A stretch of 64,000 nt of DNA from Chrysomallon squamiferum (GCA_012295275.1 CM022673.1:26598001-26662000); one strand, 5' to 3'; positions 23,742-37,290 are shown, numbered from the stretch's first letter. Notes: generated by a model from the letters alone, not told the origin. Translations and numbers: made by a program.

Positions 23742-23780
<39 letters not shown>

Positions 23781-24232
23781 AAATGTATTAAGCATTTTTA
23801 TTATTAAAATTACAAAAGAAATTATTGCAGTGTTTAAATAACTTTTTTAAATGTAAAAAACCCCAAAACATCATTTATTAAAATAATAGTAATAAAACTA
23901 ACTAAAAAAAAAAAAAAAAAAATTCTTGATATGTTGATAATCATCTACTTTAGTTTTTTTTTTTTATTTATTTATTTATTTATTTTACACCTTTATAGAA
24001 CGTATGATTGAAAGATGACAGATAGCACGTTATTCTTCTTTTCTGTTCCAAAAACTAGGTTATCATATACACTCACCTGTCAATGACTAGGTACACTTAC
24101 TTAGTGGTGATAAAACCTTTTCTCTGTGAACACCTTGCAGTTAACAAATACCTGATAATCAGTAATAAAACAAAAAATATTTATTTTTAAAATTAGGGAC
24201 AAAGTCAGCTTCTGATTAGCAAAATTACTTAT

Positions 24233-24265
<33 letters not shown>

Positions 24266-24266
<1 letters not shown>

Positions 24267-24349
24267 GATTAACTTTATCTGAGGTGGAAATGATGTTAAA
24301 ACATAGTTTAAATAATGTAATTAAACACACAGTAACAAAAATCAATAAA
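24266..24349 (+). repeat. Copy 2 of an about 85-bp direct repeat preceded by (AT)n
   Basis: AGATTAACTTTATCTGAGGTGGAAATGATGTTAA...CAGTAACAAAAATCAATAAA. Confidence 0.9.
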
Positions 24350-25286
24350 GATTTTTAAAAATAATTGAAAAATTAAGGAATTAGGTAGAATATTTTTATA
24401 TTCTTTTATATACTACCAAAGGGATATATAAAATCACATTGCTAATACCTGTAGTGATTGTACAATAAAGATGTAGCTTTTTAACACACTTTTTCATTAT
24501 TTTTTAAGTTGTCGCAGATTGCTGTAATTTTCAAATGATATATTTGAAAAGTTTTGGTTTTTGTTGTGACTAACCAGCCCTTAGGGAAGCATTTATATTA
24601 AATTTATTTCTTATTTTATTGTTAATAAAATTGATTTACAGTTTGTATGAATTACTATAAAGGAAACAAAGTTCTAGTCCCAGTAGTAATCTAAGACTTC
24701 CTGTGATGGCCTGATAAGAATTTGTAATAGAATTTGTATATATATATATATTATGGACATAAAACAAGACCTGGAAAGGAAATTGACCAAAGTATACAAA
24801 AACAAGAATTTAACAACTGATTTATAAAGTTGTGTTTTAAGTCAGTTAAGAAAAAATTAAGTTATTTATTCATTCATTCATCAATTCATCAATTACTTTT
24901 TTTTTTTTTATTCATTTTCAGAAATTTTATTATATTTATTTATTTATTTATTTAATGTTTTTAATTATTAATATTATTTTTAACTTCTAAAGATAAAGAA
25001 ACAAGAATTAGCATGTTCTTATACAAGTTAATGTAAGTCATGTGTTTAGGTGGCTAACCATATAACATTTTAGTTCATATCTGGTTTCATAAATAATTAA
25101 GTTTAGGAAGCAGTTATTTGTCTCAAAAATCTAAACTGACTTTACTATCAATACAAAGTATTAAAATAAGTGATTTTTGTAAATTATTATTATTTTTATT
25201 ATACAGTTAGTCATAAACAAAATAATTGAATTTAATTTCCTTTTTATAAATTTGTTGTATGTATGTATGTATGTATATATATACAA

Positions 25287-25287
<1 letters not shown>

Positions 25288-25347
<60 letters not shown>
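25288..25347 (+). repeat. (CA)n microsatellite
   Basis: Direct read. Confidence 0.95.
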
Positions 25348-25350
<3 letters not shown>

Positions 25351-25861
25351 CATGTGAACAAAGTTAAAATATTTGTATGTAGTTTTCATGATGTCAGTAA
25401 GCAATTTTTTTTTTTCTGGAAAAATAATAGAAAGATAAAAAACAATGATCTATACATTGTGAATACATGCTGCAGCATTGACATTCAGTTGGTAACAAGA
25501 ACCACCAAGAACATTTTTATTTGAATTGACTAAGGCTTTTTCATTTTTTGTCAATAATATTATCAGTGTTGTTATAATCGATTCAATGTGTGCAACACTA
25601 ACATTTATAAATTTTAATTTAATATTAAATTTTTTTTAGATATATATATATTTGACAACAGTTTTTATCATAATTTTTTTCTTTTCTTATTTTTAAATAC
25701 ATTGAAAAAATTAATGATTAAATCATTAGTATTATCACTACTTCAGGGAAAATTTGTTATATAAAATGGGGTAAAATTTTCTGTCATTTTCAGTTTGTTA
25801 TCACTATCATTATTTAAAAAAAAATTTTTAAAATATTCGTGGTGTTATCTCTGTAATAACT

Positions 25862-25926
25862 AATAATTTTCCTTTCCATTAAAGATATAAATTACACAGC
25901 GATCTTTAATGGAAAGGAAAATTATT
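25862..25926. repeat. Perfect inverted repeat, 25-bp arms with 15-nt spacer
   Basis: AATAATTTTCCTTTCCATTAAAGAT (25862-25886) and its exact reverse complement (25902-25926). Confidence 0.95.
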
Positions 25927-28900
25927 TGTTTTTAAAAAAAAAAAAAAAAAACCTCCAAACATCTAAATACATGGTGGAAGAGCTAGCCTCTCATCACATG
26001 TGGTATTCGATCAGCTAATCTTCGCATGCTTTTTAACCTAATAGCCAGTAATCTGAAGAAGACTGAGGTGCCATTATCCATGGCTTTCATTCCTTTTCCA
26101 TTTATCAATGACTTCAGTTTTTGCTTCATTATTGTCAGTTTTGACAGGATGAAACTCAGTGTGGTGCATGGACCGTGGGTTTTTTTGTTCAGGTAATTTA
26201 CATGATGATCGCTCTAAATATGGGCTTTGTGTAAACACTGTGAAGATTATTTGACATGGACTTCTTAAGATTTACAGCTGGAATCAGTAATGTCATGCAG
26301 CCTAGAATCTATCATTCCTGCTTTTATTCTTCCAGTTTATTATACTGGAGGATTTTTTTTTTTATTGATTTTTTTTTTTTTTTTTTTTATTGTTTATTTA
26401 TTTTATTTTATTATTATTATTTTTTTTAATGTATTTTTATTATTTTTTTTTTTTATTTTAAATAAAAACATTTTTTATTTTATTTATATATTTATTTTAT
26501 TATATTATTTTTTTATTTTTTTTATTATCATTATCCTTTTTTTTTTGTCTGATTTTTCTTATTACTTTTTTTATATATTATTTTTTAAAAGCTTTTAACT
26601 TTAATTATCATTATAAAATGATTGTTTTAAAAAATTGCACTCATTTTGCAATATCCATAACTTATAACTTATAGTGTAAGCTGGAATATACTTTCTGCCT
26701 AAGATGTTAATCCCCCCCCACAAATAAAGGACCAGGCTACACATATTAAATATAATATATTCTGTGAACTCTAGCAACTTCTACTGAAATGTCTAAACAT
26801 ATTTATATATATATGTAATGTAATAAACGTCCATGGCTCTCAAATTGTCGACTTCCCCAGACATTTTACGTTCCACATTCTTCTATTTTCTGCATCGGCT
26901 TAAAGCAGTTTCATACATCTTCATTCCTGAAAATTGGAATATAATGAAAGCTTTTGTACAGAACCATTGATTATGTAGAAACAGTTTCATTGCCTTTGGA
27001 AATTTTCACCAATTCCATTATCAATGGTGGTGTACCAGTAATGGCAGCGAATAGTGACTTGTTGGCTCAGTCTGTTAATGTGTCAGGTCGAGTACTTATT
27101 ACTGCATATTACAAGACATCATGCAAGACAGCTACCCATTACAGCAAAACTGTTTGGCCGTCTGAAGAAACCAAATTTGAGCAATTCTTCACCGATATTG
27201 TGCAAATATTGGTATAAGACACACAAGTGTTCTTGGGGAGTATGGAGAAAAGCTACAATTTCAGAAAAGAAGATTCAATTTGGACGTTTTCTTGTGTCTT
27301 AAAAATAGATGAATAGGCAAGTATAATTGTCAATATTGTGATGAATTGAGCATCAGAAATTTTTTTCATTGCTTTGACCTGCCTTCACAAGATCAATACT
27401 TTTGAAGAATGGTAGTTAGATGTCTGCAATTTGGTGGTGTGAATATCTTCTTCTTCTTTTTTTTTTCTTTTTCAAAGATGTCCCGGAAATCTTTTGAAAT
27501 TTTCTCTTTTTTTGTTTTTTTTGTTTGACAAACTTTGTGCGTTTTCTCATTGCATTCTAGTTTGAATTGCAGTTTAAAGACATTTGCAATGTCAGAATTT
27601 TAAACACTGACATAAAAAGTGGTAAATGACAGATTTTCTAGCAGATCATTTTTTGGCTTGATAAAGAAAATTAATGTCGTTAGATGTGGAAAGTATTCTT
27701 CATTCTTCATGAAAACTATATCTGCTACCCCTTTCACTTGTCATAATTAATAAATCAGTCTAGTTCATGTAACAAGAAATATGTACCTGAAATACGTCAT
27801 CTAAAACACTGGAAAAAAACCTACTATTACAACAACAACAACAAGTTTGATGAATATAACTTTAAGATCTTTTTGTCACTTCTGTTGACAGCTTAGACTT
27901 TGGGAGCTTGGAAATCGAGATTTCATTGTGTCAAATAGACAATGTTGTACCAAGGGATTGTTTTATTTAATCATTAAACTAACCATTTTTATTAATGAAG
28001 TATGAAAATAATGCAATAAATAAAACCCAGATCACCTGATGCTTTTTGTATCTTTTCTATTCAGAATGATATGGAAATGATAACAAAAACCTATAGGTTG
28101 TGTAGTGCATAAAATCTGACTTTTAAACAACAGTAGAATTATTAAAACTGAAATACTTGTTGTGAGGTTTTTATTTATTTATACATGCTCTTTCATTCAT
28201 TCATTCATTCATTTAATTATTACAGCTATATTATGAAAAGATGAATCAGTTTAAATATTAAAAACATGAAGAACTGGAAAGTTCTGTCAGAATAAGCAAC
28301 CAGACATGATGTTTCATGATTGATTTGCTGTTTGTCTGTGTTGTTAATCATGTTTTTCAAATCACTGTGTTTTTTTTTTCTGGTCTATCAATGTATGTTT
28401 GTCTCACTTAAATATCCCTGGAGATTAAAAAAAAAAAAAAAACGATTGCCATGTAACATTTCCTGCTGGTTACTGTCATTGTAGTGTGACATTTTTTTTA
28501 ACTTGTCGTATGTAAAGTGCCATGTTTTCAAAACAACAAATCAAGTTTATTACCACTGTGTGTCATTTTACGCTGTTGCAGTGATCAAAGAAATTATCCA
28601 TCAGTGACACACTCATTTAGTAACGTATATTTTAATAGCTTTATTATTATTGCTTTGCTTTGTTTTGTTTATTTATTTATTTATTTACATACTTGTTTAT
28701 TTATTTACTTACTGACTTACATACTTGTTTATTTATTTATTGTTTTTTATTTTTTTATTTACATATTTACTGACATACTAGTTTATTTATTTATTTTATT
28801 TTATTTTATTTTATTTTATTTTTAACAAACGTATTCAGTTGTATCTGCAGCATAAAATATCATAATACATTGTGTATTTTTTTTTTTTTTTTTTCAGCAG

Positions 28901-29182
28901 CTCATAAACTTTTAAAAAAACAACAAATCCCTTTTACTGAAAAAAAATACTTTATTTGTCATAAACAGATGTTGTGCTCCAAATGAAAAACATGCATTCA
29001 TTTTGTTTCACACTATTATCAATTAAGAATCACACATTCACTGGTACTAAATCATTGCGCAAACATGTCAGGAATTTTTTCTTATTTTTTTTTTTCTTAT
29101 GAATAATCAAAACAGTGATGTACATATTTGGTATGGCTGCACCTGAACCTGAAACAATAATTCATATTTTATTTTCAGTTTT

Positions 29183-29520
29183 AGTATTTTTTATATTTAT
29201 ATTTATATTTATATTTATATTTATATTTATATTTATTTTTATTTTTATATTTATTTTATTTTTTTATTTTTGTTTATTTTGTTTTTTATATTTATATTTA
29301 TTTTTATTTTTATTTATTTTTATTTTATTTTTTTTTTTTTTTTATTTTTTTTTTTTTATTTTTATTTTTATTTTTATTTTTATTTTTTTTTTTTTTTTAT
29401 TTTTATTTTTATTTTTATTTTTATTTTTATTTTTATTTTTTATATTTTATTTTTATATATATATATATTTTATTTTTATATATATATATAGTTATAGTTA
29501 TATTTATATTTATTTATTTG
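29183..29520 (+). repeat. (TTTATA)n/(TTTTTA)n low-complexity tract
   Basis: Direct read; explains ORF 29115..29543. Confidence 0.95.
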
Positions 29521-31431
29521 TTTGCCCATACCTCTTTCAATAGTTCTGTTCAGCTTTCAGAGCCCTCTGTTAGATTAAGCTACAACATAAACAGGTGAGA
29601 CACAAAATGTCTGCCTCACATTTTTCAGTCAGTGGCCTGTGTTGAGGTAAATTAACAACTCACTGGTGTGTTTTATTACTGTGTGCACCATGTGGCAGAT
29701 TAGCAGGCAAATTATGGGTCATATACGTGGGTACGTTAATGTATGCATATATTATGAGATGCAATCAGCATTTATGTGTATGTTCATGTAAATTTATGCA
29801 TCAAGTACTTACTGAACTGATTTTTATCTTTCTCTATCTTTTTTGATAGATTTTTTTTTTATCTGTTTTCACTCATAATTACATTCAGCAAACACATGTA
29901 TCTGTTCTTTTTCTTCATATATACACAGGTATATATGTTTTTTTTATATATATATATATATGTATGTATGAATTTATATGTCTGTATGTGTGTAGGTGTC
30001 TTTACTGTATATTTGTTACTATAACGTTCAGAATTATTTTTAACAACAATTTAAAAAAAAATTATGTATTACATAATATTAAGAAATATCTTTCAATGAA
30101 AATTTTATTTGTTGTATGCAAGTAGATGTTATTTTTCTGATGAAGCACACAAATCTGTGCAATGATTTAACACTGTTCCTGAAGATGTTGTCAGTTTGAA
30201 TTTAACCAAACACAAAATAACTCTAAAGCATTCATCCAAATTACCAATCCCCTAAATATTTAGACAGCAATTTTATTTCCTTTTTTTTTTTTCTTACTGT
30301 TTCTGTTTTGCAAGAGAATGTTTCACAAATATAAAATTTATTGGTTTTTATTGTTCATTTATCTTTAAATGTACCTAGTTTCTCCCCCTTTTTATTTTTG
30401 TTTTATTTTTATATTTTTTTTTAACTCTTTTAAAACAGAATAAACAATATAACATGACATTTTAATAGAACTTAACTATAATAAATAAAATCTCAAGTTA
30501 TGAAATATTGTTACAAGCAAACTTTCAGTGAACTTTATTTCAATATGTTCTTGCGCTCATGTTTCATAAATTTTCACTAAGACTTAAATGAGAAAATAAA
30601 AATATCAGCAATATTTTATTCAAAGGATTTCCTTAATGTTGTAAGGACAAATTACTTTAAAAAGTCTTATAGTATATTATTTGATTATTATTCAAAATTA
30701 TGCAAAGAACACAAATAAAAAATTAGAATATTTTTGATTTTTTCCTGTAAAATATCTGTCTACCAACATCCTTTTTCAAAATTATATTTCAAAATAATTG
30801 TTTTACTCAATTCAGAATAAGGAATATATTTTTATCTATTAATATATTATTTCACTGTAATTTACAATTTATATATTTAAAAAAAAAAAAAAAAAAAAAA
30901 AACACAACAAAAATTCCTAAATGTGATTCATTCGATATGCAGAAGCATCCCTAGGCATAGCATTACTCGTAATGGAAATACTAATAATTTTAATGCTTTT
31001 TCCCTCTTTCACTGCAAATGTTTTCTGCCAGCTACAGCCATCACCGTGGATTATAGAAACTGAAACTGATCGAAGAGTATCATAAAATGATATACCAGTC
31101 ATTAATCTTTTGGCAGTTATGACATTTGTCCGAGAAGGGAATTGAAAAATGGTGGAGTATTGACTTCGCAGTGCTAGCTTGATGGCTTGATTGAATGTCA
31201 TTTATTCAGTCTAGCTTGTAATGTTAAAATGTATTATTAATGTAATTTTGTTTCATTGCCAGGAAACTTAAAACTCGCTCATTAACAGAGTTCTTCTCTT
31301 TGCGTGTCTTTTCGGAGAATCTATCGAGTTTGAACTTTGTAGCTGCCAACTGAAATGTGGGTTTAATGCGGTTCTTTTGATGTTTTGTCTTGCTCCTTGT
31401 GGTTTTGTTATATATTTAATAAAGTGGTTTC

Positions 31432-31556
31432 TTTCTCTGTTCCTCTCTCTCTCTCTCTCTCTTTCTCTCTCTTATTGTTATTTTTTTTCCTTTCTTCATT
31501 CTTCTTTCTTTCTGTCTCATTCTGTCTCTCTCTCTGTTCTTTCTTTCCCTTTCTTT

Positions 31557-31623
<67 letters not shown>

Positions 31624-31725
31624 TCTCTCTGAGTGTGTTTTTGTTATATATTTAATAAAGTGTTTTTTCCTCTTTGTCTCTCTCTCTCTGTTCCTTTCTT
31701 TCCCTTTCTCCCTTTCTTTCTCTCA
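31432..31725 (+). repeat. (CT)n-rich polypyrimidine tract
   Basis: Direct read. Confidence 0.9.
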
Positions 31726-32057
31726 CACTCAAACATAACACAGATACACACAGACAAATTAGAAACAGGAAAAACGGTAGTAATACCACGAAGACTGATT
31801 TATTAGATATTTACTTAATTATAATTCAGCAGACGTATCATATAACAATACATTTAGTTTCGGCAGTACTGATAACATGCCGCACAAGCTGCCTGTTGTC
31901 TGAGAATTTGACCTAATCTACATCATTTCATCAGTACCAAATCCAAATCCAATTAACGATCTTTTCTGTAGTTAAAATACTAATTATACCTAAGCAGGAA
32001 TGACTGATACAGCCATGGTTATGGCTTTGTGAAAAAAAAAAACCTGTTTTGTTGCAG

Positions 32058-32117
32058 ATTATTCTTCTTGGATATCAGCCAGAGATCATAGAAAGGAAAA
32101 AAGACAAAAGAATGAAT
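32058..32117 (+). other. Candidate internal exon (60 nt) of the unidentified gene
   Basis: gttttgttgcag| purine-rich body |gtaagt; open in frame 0 (IILLGYQPEIIERKKDKRMN), peptide not recognised. Confidence 0.35.
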
Positions 32118-32531
32118 GTAAGTTGATATATATATTTTAACTAATGGGTTCCTTTGATGTGTTGTCATGATCCATGGTTTTGTTATATGTTTAATTATAT
32201 AAGTATTTCTCTGTCTCTTTCTCTGGTTTGATCATCTTAGGCAGATGTAGAAAGATCTATTTGGTCAAATAAATGTGATGGCATCACTTCAGTTCCATCC
32301 TGAACTTGTTTTAAAATTTCTAAGAGTTTCAGAATTTTACCATAAATTATAAATTAAATAAACTGTGATACTTTCTGCACAGCTCTTTACACTGTCTTTT
32401 GACTAATTTTGAATTTTGAATTTTTTATATAGAAAATAATCAACATTTTTGTACATTTAACTTTGTTTGACACCCAGTAGCTGATATATTTTTTGTGCTG
32501 GGGTATGGTTAAACATTCACTCTTTCTCTGT

Positions 32532-32654
<123 letters not shown>

Positions 32655-33739
32655 CCTCATTAGAAAACTGTAAATAGTAGCAGTAATAGCAGCAGCAGTT
32701 GTAATAAACATGATGGTGATAATAAAGTTAAACTTTAAAAACAAAAATAAACAAAAAACAGACAGAGTTTTTGATATCCTGCAGCCACTTTCAGACAACT
32801 AAAAACGATTTTTAAGTGTTCTGTAGAAATACTTCTCTGTATCTATCTATTTCATTAGTCACAAGATGGTGGCCAGGTTTTTGTAATTCTTTTTAAATTG
32901 CTAAATAATTTATTGAGAATCTTTTTTTATTTTATTATTATACTTTTTTTTTTTTTTTTTAAATTTTATTAATTTATTTGTTTACAATTCAAACACTTGC
33001 TGGCTTTTTTGGGGGGAATTTTTTCTTTTATTTTCCGAATGTAATTCCGATATTGAATCTTTAGCTAAATGTTACTTAAGAGTTTCAGATTACAAATAAT
33101 CTCATTTTTCTGTTTATTACTCCTTTTTTTGTTTTTTTTTCTTCTAGGAATTGTTTGTTGTCAGAAAAAACAACAAACAAACAAACAAACAAACAAACAA
33201 AAACCTCCACAAAAACCCATATAAAACATGATCAAGTAATTGCAACAAATTAGGTAACAACTTTATACCATTTTTGTTGCTTGTTTTATTTTAAAAAGAA
33301 AGCAAGCTGATTGATGCTTAGACTAATGTAAAATAAAGTGACAGCTCTGAATGAGATTAAGTTACAGAGAAATCCATATAAAAGATTTTGTTTCAGAAAG
33401 AAAATGTAGAATCTGTGTTTCGCTTCTTAATCGATAAATCTGTGAATAATGAAATTTTGAAGAAAAAAAAAACAACAACATGTTTTTATTAGTTAATACA
33501 TGATTTAATACTGATTTGTTTATTTATTTTGGAAATTTAGATCTGCACCTCCTCATTTCATTCAGAATTGAAAATATTCTTTTTACCAGAAAAGAAATAT
33601 GATTTAATGGATGGACATAAAAATATGGAAATTAAAAGCTGTAGATGTTGTTGTTATTAATTAGCAGTTTGCACAGAAAAAATGTGAAATGAAATAAATC
33701 AAACTAGAAATAAAACTAATAATAATTTTAAAAATCTAT

Positions 33740-33743
<4 letters not shown>

Positions 33744-33813
<70 letters not shown>
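33744..33813 (+). repeat. (CA)n microsatellite
   Basis: Direct read; a (TG)n tract follows at about 34000-34060. Confidence 0.95.
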
Positions 33814-33815
<2 letters not shown>

Positions 33816-34022
33816 ACAAACATGTACAAACATATACAAGAATACAGATCATAATGAAAAATTAATAATAAGAAGAAAAAAAGAAAATGTCTCCATTAAC
33901 ATGTTAATATATTCAGTTGAAATGATTCAAGAATGCAGTGAATTAGAAATGTATTTAACATAGTAACAGCTGACAGCTGCTTTGCTTTCATTTGATTTAG
34001 TGTGTGTGTGTGTGTGTGTTTA

Positions 34023-34059
<37 letters not shown>

Positions 34060-35689
34060 GCACACCCATTTATGTACAATTTCACCGATATGCTTTTGTA
34101 TCCATTTCTACAATGAATGTTCATATGAACAAGTGATGTTTATTAAAATACATCTGTTACGCTTTTAACAGAATGTGCCGACTGTTAACACAAATCTGTT
34201 TCAAATAAAAATAAATTCCGAAATTTTGCATTTACAATCCATGCTTACTAAATAACGTCTGCTAAGTTTTAAACCCAAACGTGCACTGAATGTTGAGACG
34301 AATCTGTTTTAAACAAATAAGTCATAAACTGGACGGAATCTCATCCAACTGCTTTCAGCACATCAGTATAAAAACTGGGTGCACCCCCATTAATTAACAA
34401 GCACACAAAAAGACAGGATCTGAATCCAGACAATCAATTTGCTGGGAATCAACGTTTCAGTCAATAACCATACCTTTAATAACTCTAGACCACTTCAAGA
34501 GCACATTCAGAGAAATTAAAGCCAAGGACATTAGATCAAATGTGCCCACATCTTAATGAAATGGTTGTCGCGGTAATAAAGTTCATCTACGCTACTGAGA
34601 CACCGAGAAGCAAGTGAAGCACCAAAAAGCTGCCGATGAATTCATCAACTTAAGTACGATGCTGTCGTCGCACAAAACGGCAAATCTCGGCTCAGAAACT
34701 GGTGACGAGTTTAACAGGAAGTGCACACTAGAATGTGGCAGCAAATCTTTCTGAGTTTCCTCTTGTGGAAAAGATGAAGTGTTTTAACCGAATCAATTAG
34801 TGGAAGTTTAGGTTTGCTCTGAATTGGTTTATTTATACCATTTTTACCATTGTACAGAAGTGATCACTGGAAATGAAATACTCTATAAACAGTTTTACAG
34901 TTCATCAAGTACTATATCATTCATATTTCTATACTTTTTTTTTTTTTTTAAATTACTTTGCTGGATATTTTTTTTATTTTTTTTTTTTTCATTCTTTTTT
35001 TTACTCCAACAATTTTTTTTTTTTTTAACCTTTTCTTCACTAAATGTTTTGGTTTTTTTCATTTTTCTTTTCTTTCCCAGGATATTTTTCTTTTGTTCTG
35101 TCTTTTTATTTCTTTCTTTTGCTTTAAAATATATCTTCTTTTTTTTTAAACCTCTATTTCTGTCTTAGACATGTTTGTTTTTTTGTCTTTCTTTTCCTTT
35201 TATTTCTTTACTGAAATACATTTCCATATATTTTCTTGTATTTTTTTCCCCTTCTTTCTTTCTTGTTATTTTCCTTTCTTTGAAAAAAAAAAAAAAATAA
35301 TAATATGGACAAAACCTGAGAAAGGTCTATTGATTTGAAACAATTGAGTGTTAAAGGCATGATCTGTTAGCCATTTGTTACAAGGAATTTGATTCTTTTT
35401 TCTTCTCCTTCTTTTGTTTTACAGTGATTTATTTTCAATTTTTTTTTTTTTTAAACTAAGACATACACACTGTTCTGGAAATACAACTTGACAGGCTGGA
35501 AACTCAATACTTTTATTAAGCGAATTAATGAGACAGAATCTGGCTGGTATTAAATTAATAAAATACAGTTATTGTTGTGCGAACAAGCATTGTATCTTTT
35601 TGAAACTCGATACAATCTAACAGCAAAGCATTCAAACTGATGCAGATCATCTTTGTTTTGTTATTACTGTGAAATTAATAATTTGTTAC

Positions 35690-35723
<34 letters not shown>

Positions 35724-36319
35724 GTGATGAATCATCGTCTTTATCATAATTGTTATCATCATTATCATCATCTTTGTTATTTTTTCATTGCTATATTATG
35801 ATATAATACTCTGTCCAAAATAAACCATCAAAGAGTTAAACAAAATTACTGACAAAACTAAAAAGGAGTACAAGTTTTGTTATAATGCTGTATATAAATG
35901 TATATTTGCTCCAGTATGTTTAGTGTATGTTTAGTGTATATAGTTCAGTATTTTAAGTACAAACAATTACAGTAACTTAGAACAAATGATTTTCTGATTT
36001 AGCTACTGACTTAAAAACTAACAATTATACTAATAATTGTCCTGTAAGAACATCCTGAATGAAGTTATACGTTATCAACATCATGCTATTCTTAAACAAA
36101 GTTTTGTAATTTTAGAAAAACTGCATCAACATGATAGGAATATATTTAAAAAAAAAAAACATGTATAAAGAACGTAGAAAGTGAAGAGTTAATTATGAAC
36201 TCAACCTTTCACCCGGAGAAAAATTATTCATCGTGATTAATTGGATGATAGTTAGAGGGCATTTATTTGTAGCGGGTTTATTTTGTGAGAGAAAAAAAAA
36301 AAAATGTTGTTATCGTCAT

Positions 36320-36480
36320 GTTTGCTTACATAACGCTCAGATTGTGATCAGAAATTGAAAAACTACTTTACGTAATGAAAAGGAAGATAATAAATAAACC
36401 TGTCTCAGAATTACACGTGTAATTTTCCTCTAGGGGGGTCTATAAACTTGCTATTATTATCGTTTATCCCTCAAGGATAT
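36320..36480 (+). promoter_or_regulatory. Candidate internal/alternative promoter with D-boxes, E-box and TATA
   Basis: TTACATAA 36326-36333; TTACGTAA 36368-36375; CACGTG inside the palindrome AATTACACGTGTAATT 36409-36424; TATAAA 36441-36446; local CpG enrichment. Confidence 0.4.
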
Positions 36481-36844
36481 CACATCAAAAACGTAGCTGT
36501 TGGGCGAAACACGACTTATCTTGCACCGTCTGTATGTTTGAAATATTTTGGATTGACTGAAGTACACGGAAAGAAGGATTGAAAAAAAACAAAAAAAAAG
36601 AAATTATATGACACAGTATGTGTGTATTTCAAACATTTTGAATTGAATAAAATAAAATATAAACAAAAAAAAATATATTTTAAACTGACTCAAAATTATA
36701 TAAAACAGAGACGAAAATTGAACTTGTTTGATACAGTGCATGCATTTCGCATATTTTTAAATTTAGCAAGAAGAATACAGAATATATCCTGTTTAAAAAA
36801 AAAAATTTTTTTAACAATGTTGCAAACACTTTTGTGTTTTCCAG

Positions 36845-36944
36845 ATGTGAAGAGGAAAAGAGAAGTAATGTTGTGAAGAAAACTGTTGAATACTGAGAAA
36901 AACAAACTGTTGTTTTCTTTTAAAGGAGTGGAGACTATCAGCTG
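36845..36944 (+). other. Candidate non-coding (5'UTR) exon, 100 nt
   Basis: ttttgtgttttccag| ... CTG|gtaagt, both near-consensus; stops in all three frames. Confidence 0.5.
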
Positions 36945-37139
36945 GTAAGTGAAATTGAATCATCAACTTATTTTTTATTTTTGTGTTTTGTTTTTTTTAT
37001 TGTTCAAAGCTACACTGGCAGGATTGACTATATCTGTTTCCATTTTTCTCCTGTTGTAACTGCTGTTCTTCTGAAATTACATGCACAGGTATGGATATCT
37101 TTTTGTATCGAAATTGTAAGCTGTGAAAGAAACATAACA

Positions 37140-37228
37140 GACACACACACACACAGAGAGACATATATATATACACACACACATCCAGACATATATACAT
37201 TCATACACACACACATATACATGCATAC

Positions 37229-37277
<49 letters not shown>

Positions 37278-37290
37278 CACACACATATAG

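Noticed and set aside
26290-29543. Phe/Ile/Leu-rich ORFs (26290..26598, 28517..28825, 29115..29543)
   Set aside because: Products of T-rich low-complexity tracts.
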